Positions 44,689 through 48,993 of a stretch of 48,993 nt of DNA are shown in pieces. The notes beneath the pieces are model-generated. The model saw only the letters and a program-made list of their open reading frames with translations. It ran no database searches and was not told the origin of the DNA. Origin of the DNA: Candidatus Rokuibacteriota bacterium. GTDB taxonomy: Bacteria > Methylomirabilota > Methylomirabilia > Rokubacteriales > CSP1-6. The position numbers were made by a program, and so were the translations under genes. Position 1 is the first letter of the stretch, and every line of letters starts with the position of its first letter. The stretch covers positions 1 to 48,993 of the forward strand of contig JACQWA010000257.1 of the NCBI GenBank assembly GCA_016209425.1, read 5' to 3'.

Positions 44689-44740
44689 GCAGAACGCGGA
44701 GGAATTCGTGAAGAACTACGTCCAGCGGGGCGGTGAGTGA
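44678..44740 (+). CDS. Candidate 20-aa micro-ORF coupling paralogs 1 and 2
   Basis: Strong SD GGAGGAGGGG (44664-73), then ATG 44678. Encodes MVAEQNAEEFVKNYVQRGGE. It overlaps the paralog 1 stop (44686-88), and its TGA (44738-40) overlaps GTG 44737 of paralog 2. Confidence 0.3.
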   Translation: MVAEQNAEEFVKNYVQRGGE

Positions 44741-45801
44741 CCTCCAAGTTCGTCAGCTTCTTCCGCCTGATCGAGGCGTGCGCCCACGAGGGGTGCCCGG
44801 TCTGCCGCTGCCTCAGGGAGGACGCGGTCCAATACCTGGACGCCCTGCTCTACGAGCGGGTCAATGATCCCGGGACCCGTGCCGCCCTTCGCGCCTCCGG
44901 GGGGTTCTGCAACTGGCACGCCTGGCTGACCCGCGACATCCTCCACAGCGGCCTGGGGACCGGCATCATCTCCGAGGATCTTCTGGGCGGTGCCCTGGGT
45001 CGGCTGCGGCGCCAGCTGGTCAGGGTCCAGCGGGGGCCACTCAGCGTAGGGTGGCTGCATCGTCTCTTCGGTCGCTTTCCCCGGCTCTCGTTTCTCACGC
45101 ATTGGCGACGCAAGGCGATCTGTCCCGCCTGTCGGAGCGCGCGCGAGGCCGAGGCGAGCTACCTCCTGGCCGTCCTGGAGTTCACCGGGGATCCCCAGTT
45201 CGACCGGGCGTTCGAGCGTTCTCCCGGTCTCTGTCTCCCTCACGTGCTCCGCCTCGTGGCCCTCGGGCCCAGCCACGCGAGGCTGGAAACGGTCCTCGAG
45301 CGGGTGGCGACCAAATGGCAGCGCCTTCAGGCCGAGCTGAAGGGCTTCGTGGCCAAGCACGACTACCGCACGACGGAGCCATTCACCGACGACGAGGCGA
45401 AGTCCTGGACCCTGGCCATCGAGCTCCTCGCGGGCGCCCCCGGCATCTTCGGGAACGAACTTCACGGCGACGGCTCCCCGGCCGCCGAGCCCCTGATCGG
45501 GCCGCAAGTCCTTCTCGATCGCTCGCCCGTCTCCCAATCGGATCCCGAGACGCTCCGGTTCGAGAAGGAGAAGCTGGAACTCCGGGTCAAGGAGCTCACG
45601 GATCAGTTCAGCGAGGTTTCCAGCCGGGCCGCCGCGCTCCATTACCGGCTCTGGGAGGTGCTGGAGGACCGCAAGGCCCTCGAGATGAACCTCTCGGGCG
45701 AACAGGCCTCGTCCCGCCTCTGGGAGCGGAAGGTCGAAGAGCTCCAGAAGCAGATCGACCGGTTGAGGGAGCAGGCGTCACGCGGACGGGGGCCCGAGTG
45801 A
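44737..45801 (+). CDS. Cys/His-rich protein, paralog 2 of 4 (two modules, tail, C-terminal coiled coil); function unknown
   Basis: GCPVCR...GGFCNWH; ICPACR...PGLCLPH; LKGFVAKHDYRTTEPFTDDEAKSWTLAIELLAG; then the heptad-rich stretch LRFEKEKLELRVKELTDQF...KVEELQKQIDRLREQ. An in-frame TGA at 44734-36 fixes GTG 44737 as the earliest start. Confidence 0.65.
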   Translation: MTSKFVSFFRLIEACAHEGCPVCRCLREDAVQYLDALLYERVNDPGTRAALRASGGFCNWHAWLTRDILHSGLGTGIISEDLLGGALGRLRRQLVRVQRGPLSVGWLHRLFGRFPRLSFLTHWRRKAICPACRSAREAEASYLLAVLEFTGDPQFDRAFERSPGLCLPHVLRLVALGPSHARLETVLERVATKWQRLQAELKGFVAKHDYRTTEPFTDDEAKSWTLAIELLAGAPGIFGNELHGDGSPAAEPLIGPQVLLDRSPVSQSDPETLRFEKEKLELRVKELTDQFSEVSSRAAALHYRLWEVLEDRKALEMNLSGEQASSRLWERKVEELQKQIDRLREQASRGRGPE

Positions 45802-46913
45802 GGGGGAAGAGAATCTCCAGGGGACATCAGGACGCCCAGCTCTTGGCCGCCCTCGACGAAGAAGGCTGCCCGGTCTGTCACCTAATCGCGGGCAGCGACG
45901 ACCACTACCTCTTCTGGTTCTTCAACGAGAACTACTATGAGCCGTTCAGCCTCGACGGCCTGACGCGCTCGCTCGGCTTCTGCCTGGCTCATGGGGCGCG
46001 CCTGACGCGAAGCAGTGTGGGGGCCTACCAGCTGGCGGCGGTTCATGAAGTGCTGGTCCGCCGCATCCGCGAGATGCTGCTCCACCATCCGGCCGCCCAG
46101 CGCCGAGGTGAGGGCCCCCGACCGGCGCTGGCCACCTATGACGTCTGCCCGGCGTGTCAGGACCGGGAGAGCCAGGCCGCGCGGACCGCCTTCTGGTTGG
46201 CCGCCCTGCTCGAGGAGCCTGGGGGGGCCGACCGCTACGCACGCCCCGGGATCCTCTGCTTCCCTCATCTCCGAGCCGTCTTGCCGCGGGTCTCTCAGGT
46301 GACGTTCGAGCGCCTCCTGGCCGTTCACGAGTCGGCCATGGCGTGCGCCCTGCAGTCGCTGCGGGAGTTGACGATCGAGCTTGGCCCGATCGCCTCCGAG
46401 GGGCGGCAGGATCTCGTGAAGGCGCTGCTGCCGTCGCTTCGTCTCGCCCTGGGGCATGACAAGGGGAACGGCGCCTACCCCGTACCGCACGAGTCCGGGG
46501 TCTCCCCACGAAGCAGAGACCCGGTCGGTGACTTCCTCGAAGCGCTGGGCCGGGGTGAGGCGTGCCCGGTCTGTCTCCCCGTCTGCGAGCGGCTGGCCGT
46601 CGCCAGAGACCGGGCCCTCTCCCTTCTCTTCGGCCTCCTCGAAGGCCGCCAGCACCGGGCCACCCTGGAGAGCGGGTACGGGCTCTGCCTCAAGCACTTC
46701 TCTCGCACCCTGGCTTTTCACCCAGCGCCCGCGATCCGCTCAGCCCTCGTGGAGGTTGAGGCCGCCAAGCTCGCCCGCCTCCATTGGGAGCTTGAGGAGT
46801 CCTTGCGCAAGGTCGCCTGGAACGTCCGGCCTGAGCCGAAGGGCACAGAGCAAACGGCCTGGAGGCGAGCGGTGCTGAGATTCTCGGGCTCCCTCAAGCA
46901 ACGGGCGGGTTGA
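45798..46913 (+). CDS. Cys/His-rich protein, paralog 3 of 4 (three modules); function unknown
   Basis: GCPVCH...LGFCLAH; VCPACQ...ILCFPH; ACPVCLPVC...YGLCLKH; tail LEESLRKVAWNVRPEPKGTEQTAWRRAVLRFSG. GTG 45798 overlaps the paralog 2 TGA (GTGA). The upstream 249 codons of the track ORF run out of frame over paralog 2. Confidence 0.65.
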   Translation: MRGKRISRGHQDAQLLAALDEEGCPVCHLIAGSDDHYLFWFFNENYYEPFSLDGLTRSLGFCLAHGARLTRSSVGAYQLAAVHEVLVRRIREMLLHHPAAQRRGEGPRPALATYDVCPACQDRESQAARTAFWLAALLEEPGGADRYARPGILCFPHLRAVLPRVSQVTFERLLAVHESAMACALQSLRELTIELGPIASEGRQDLVKALLPSLRLALGHDKGNGAYPVPHESGVSPRSRDPVGDFLEALGRGEACPVCLPVCERLAVARDRALSLLFGLLEGRQHRATLESGYGLCLKHFSRTLAFHPAPAIRSALVEVEAAKLARLHWELEESLRKVAWNVRPEPKGTEQTAWRRAVLRFSGSLKQRAG

Positions 46914-46914
46914 C

Positions 46915-47615
46915 ATGGCTCCCGCCCCCGTCCGAGCCAGGCCGTTCCACGCGGGGACCGCGGAGAGTTTGCGGCTCTCGGACGGGGAGATCCATTTCCT
47001 CTGGTGGTTCATCCAGGGGAGCATCATGGAGCCTGACATTCGCCGTGGGGCTTCTGCGAGCGGCACGCTTGGGGCGCCCTCGCCGTCGAGGCGGGGTTCC
47101 GTCATGGCTTCCTGCACGGCCCTGCCGTGCTCTACCAGGACCTCATGGAGCGCGCCCTCCGCGCCTTCGCGCTCCGTGGGCCGGGGCAGGTCAGGCGTCT
47201 GGCGCGGAGGCTCCAGGCGACCGACCCGTGCCATCTGTGCGACCTGAACCTGGGTCAGGTGGCAGGGGCTCACGTCCGCGCGGAGCGCATCGCCGAGGGG
47301 CGAGATCCGAGGGCTCTGCGTGCGTTCGCGGAGCACACGCGGCGGTACTGGTGGAGGGCTGTGTGTGGGCGGTGTCTCGGCGACGGATCGACGCCACGAT
47401 GCCGCCCTCATCTGCTCGAGGAAGCCTCGCGCGCGGGACCGATTGACCTTGGGGCGCAGCGCGCTCAGGTCAAGTACATCGTCGAGCACCTGACGGTCTA
47501 TCACCAGTCGTTCGTCTGGGGATACCATGGCACCGAGACCGACGAGGACCGGGCGGCCCTGATCAGCGCCGTGTGCTGGTGCAGTGGCTGGCGGGCCTGG
47601 ATCCCGTTTGTTTGA
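46915..47615 (+). pseudogene. Cys/His-rich paralog 4 of 4, frame-disrupted and degenerate (or split into two ORFs)
   Basis: Frame 1 from ATG 46915 reads ...LSDGEIHFLWWFIQGSIMEPDIRR (first CPxC lost). Homology then continues in another frame from about 47037: HSPWGFCERHAWG...DPCHLCD...PRCRPHLL...YHQSFVWGYHGTETDEDRAALISAV. A 1-nt frame change is needed near 47037-47046. Confidence 0.5.
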
Positions 47616-47812
47616 TGATCTTCCTCGTTGAGTTCCTGGAGGACGATGGAGCGCTCTCTCAACGGCCCCCGCGTGTCGACGTGGAAGCCGACGAGCGTCG
47701 GGTCGTTGAATGGCTGGCCGCCCGCGGGCGTCAGGCGTATGTCCGGCAACTCTTCACGCCGTACGGCTTCCTCTGGGTTCCGCAGGGGCGGTCTCCGCGC
47801 GAGGGGCTTTGA
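47615..47812 (+). CDS. Hypothetical 65-aa protein coupled to paralog 4 and to the USP-CBS gene
   Basis: ATG 47615 overlaps the paralog 4 TGA (TGATG). Encodes MIFLVEFLEDDGALSQRPPRVDVEADERRVVEWLAARGRQAYVRQLFTPYGFLWVPQGRSPREGL. The stop is 2 nt before ATG 47815. G/C-rich third positions. Confidence 0.35.
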   Translation: MIFLVEFLEDDGALSQRPPRVDVEADERRVVEWLAARGRQAYVRQLFTPYGFLWVPQGRSPREGL

Positions 47813-47814
47813 AA

Positions 47815-48993
47815 ATGTTCAGGCGAATCCTGGTGGCGTATGACGGCTCGGCCGGTGCCCGGACGGCGCTCAGGATTGGGATTGACCTCGCCCGGCAGCT
47901 GGGCGCGGAGCTCTCCAGCGTCTCGGTCGAGGAGCCGCTGCCACGGTACGCGGCGACGATCGGCGAGGTGGAGGCCGCCAAGGAGGAAATCGACGAGCAC
48001 TTCCACAAGCTGACCAAGGAGGCGCGGGACCTGGCGGCGCTGGCGGGCGGCGTCGAGCTCGAGACGGAGGTCCGCCGGGGGCACGAGGTAGAGATGATCC
48101 TCGAGGTCGCCCGCGGAGGGAAGTTCGACCTGCTCCTGATCGGCTATCAGGGGCACAGTCGCATCTTCGAGCGGATGATGGGAAGCACGGCGCTCAACGT
48201 CGCGCGGCTGACCCCGTGCTCGGTCCTGATCGCGCGGCCCCGCGAGGCGTCAGGGGAAGGCGTGGGGGCTTTCAAGCGCATCCTGGTCGGCCTGGACGGC
48301 TCGCCGCTGGGGCGTCTGGCGTTCCAGGCCGCGCTGGACCTGGCCCGGCTCTCCGGCGGGACAGTCATAGGGGCGACGGTCCGGGAGGTCTCGCCGCTGG
48401 CGAGATCTGAGGTCCCCGACGAGACCTACGTCCACCAGCTCCAGACGGCCGCTACCGAGCACGCCCGCGCCGCGGGTGTCGTGTTCGACGGGATCATCCG
48501 GACCGGCCACGCCGCGCAGGCCCTCTGTGATCAGGCGCGAGACGGCCGAGCCGATCTGATCGTCCTAGGGGCGACCGGGCTCGAGCACCCCTGGAGCGCC
48601 ACGCTGGGAGGCACAGCGACGCGCGTCGCCAGCGAGGCGCCCTGCTCCATCCTCCTCGTCCGGTTCCCCCGAGCAGTCCTCCACGTCCGGGACGTGATGG
48701 TGCGGGGCGTCTCTTCGGTGACGCTCGACACGCCGCTCGCCGAGGTGGTCGAGCTGCTCCTCCGGCGGAACGTCAAGGCCCTGCCGGTGGTCGATGCCCG
48801 TCAGCACGTCGTCGGCATCATCACGGGCGGCGACCTGCTCGATCGCACGGACCTCGAGTTGCGCCTGAGCATCCAGCGGGAGCTGCATGCCGACACCTTG
48901 CGGGAACGGCTTCGCGGCCTCGCGCGGAGCCCAAAGGCTGCCCGCGACGTGATGACGCGCCCCGTTCACACGGTGGAGGCCGACGTGGATCTC
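47815..48993 (+). CDS. Universal stress protein (two tandem Usp domains) fused to a CBS pair; 3' end outside window
   Basis: Not in the supplied ORF track because no stop falls inside the window. I translated it by hand: 393 codons, open to nt 48993. Usp domain 1: MFRRILVAYDGS...LLLIGYQGHS...GSTALNVARLTPCSVLIAR. Usp domain 2: FKRILVGLDGSP...DLIVLGATG...GGTATRVASEAPCSILLVR. CBS: VRDVMVRGVSSVTLDTPLAEVVELLLRRNVKALPVVD...GIITGGDLL, then ARDVMTRPVHTVE. GAGGGG SD. Confidence 0.8.
   Translation, partial: MFRRILVAYDGSAGARTALRIGIDLARQLGAELSSVSVEEPLPRYAATIGEVEAAKEEIDEHFHKLTKEARDLAALAGGVELETEVRRGHEVEMILEVARGGKFDLLLIGYQGHSRIFERMMGSTALNVARLTPCSVLIARPREASGEGVGAFKRILVGLDGSPLGRLAFQAALDLARLSGGTVIGATVREVSPLARSEVPDETYVHQLQTAATEHARAAGVVFDGIIRTGHAAQALCDQARDGRADLIVLGATGLEHPWSATLGGTATRVASEAPCSILLVRFPRAVLHVRDVMVRGVSSVTLDTPLAEVVELLLRRNVKALPVVDARQHVVGIITGGDLLDRTDLELRLSIQRELHADTLRERLRGLARSPKAARDVMTRPVHTVEADVDL

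Noticed and set aside
45051-45797. 249-codon upstream extension of paralog 3 (track ORF 45051-46913)
   Set aside because: It runs out of frame across paralog 2, whose own frame carries the conserved modules. Similarity to the family begins right after GTG 45798, which overlaps the paralog 2 stop.

Overview
This is a 49 kb, visibly very high-G+C (not computed) bacterial chromosomal window. Every gene I accept is on the + strand except one. All homology calls come from motif recognition by eye; no database search was run. Starts were refined by hand from the ORF track, which over-extends many ORFs because stop codons are rare at this G+C.

Gene content, 5' to 3':
- 1-380: 3' end of an aldehyde dehydrogenase gene.
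- 0.56-17.1 kb: a nearly complete dcw cell-wall/division cluster (mraZ-rsmH-ftsL-ftsI-murE-murF-mraY-murD-ftsW-[no murG]-murC-murB-ftsQ-ftsA-ftsZ).
- 17.1-19.0 kb: a radical-SAM-family relic without its Cys motif, then pgeF.
- 19.0-21.3 kb: a 2.3 kb accessory islet with a 5'-truncated SNF2 helicase and a nucleotidyltransferase.
- 21.3-26.5 kb: yggS-proC-yggT-divIVA-yggU-mtnA-sagB-like.
- 26.6-27.0 kb: a coiled-coil gene carrying a 21-bp in-frame tandem repeat.
- 27.2-32.7 kb: class-V aminotransferase, serA, hisZ, purA.
- 32.7-34.8 kb: tRNA-Lys, an orphan pilB-like ATPase, tRNA-Glu.
- 34.9-36.2 kb: a PQQ-type sugar dehydrogenase.
- 36.3-38.3 kb: a small helical NHLP-like protein, a cNMP-binding protein and a PqqD-like/M50-like membrane pseudoprotease.
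- 38.4-39.7 kb: one orphan minus-strand gene.
- 39.7-43.5 kb: lipoprotein-amidase-uppS-MFS operon.
- 43.8-47.8 kb: the most unusual locus. It is a translationally coupled operon of four tandem paralogs built from repeated CPxC-(33/34 aa)-CxxH modules, with interleaved micro-ORFs.
- 47.8 kb to the window end: a USP-USP-CBS gene that is absent from the ORF track.

Two short palindromic repeat families (REP-like) also occur in intergenic positions.
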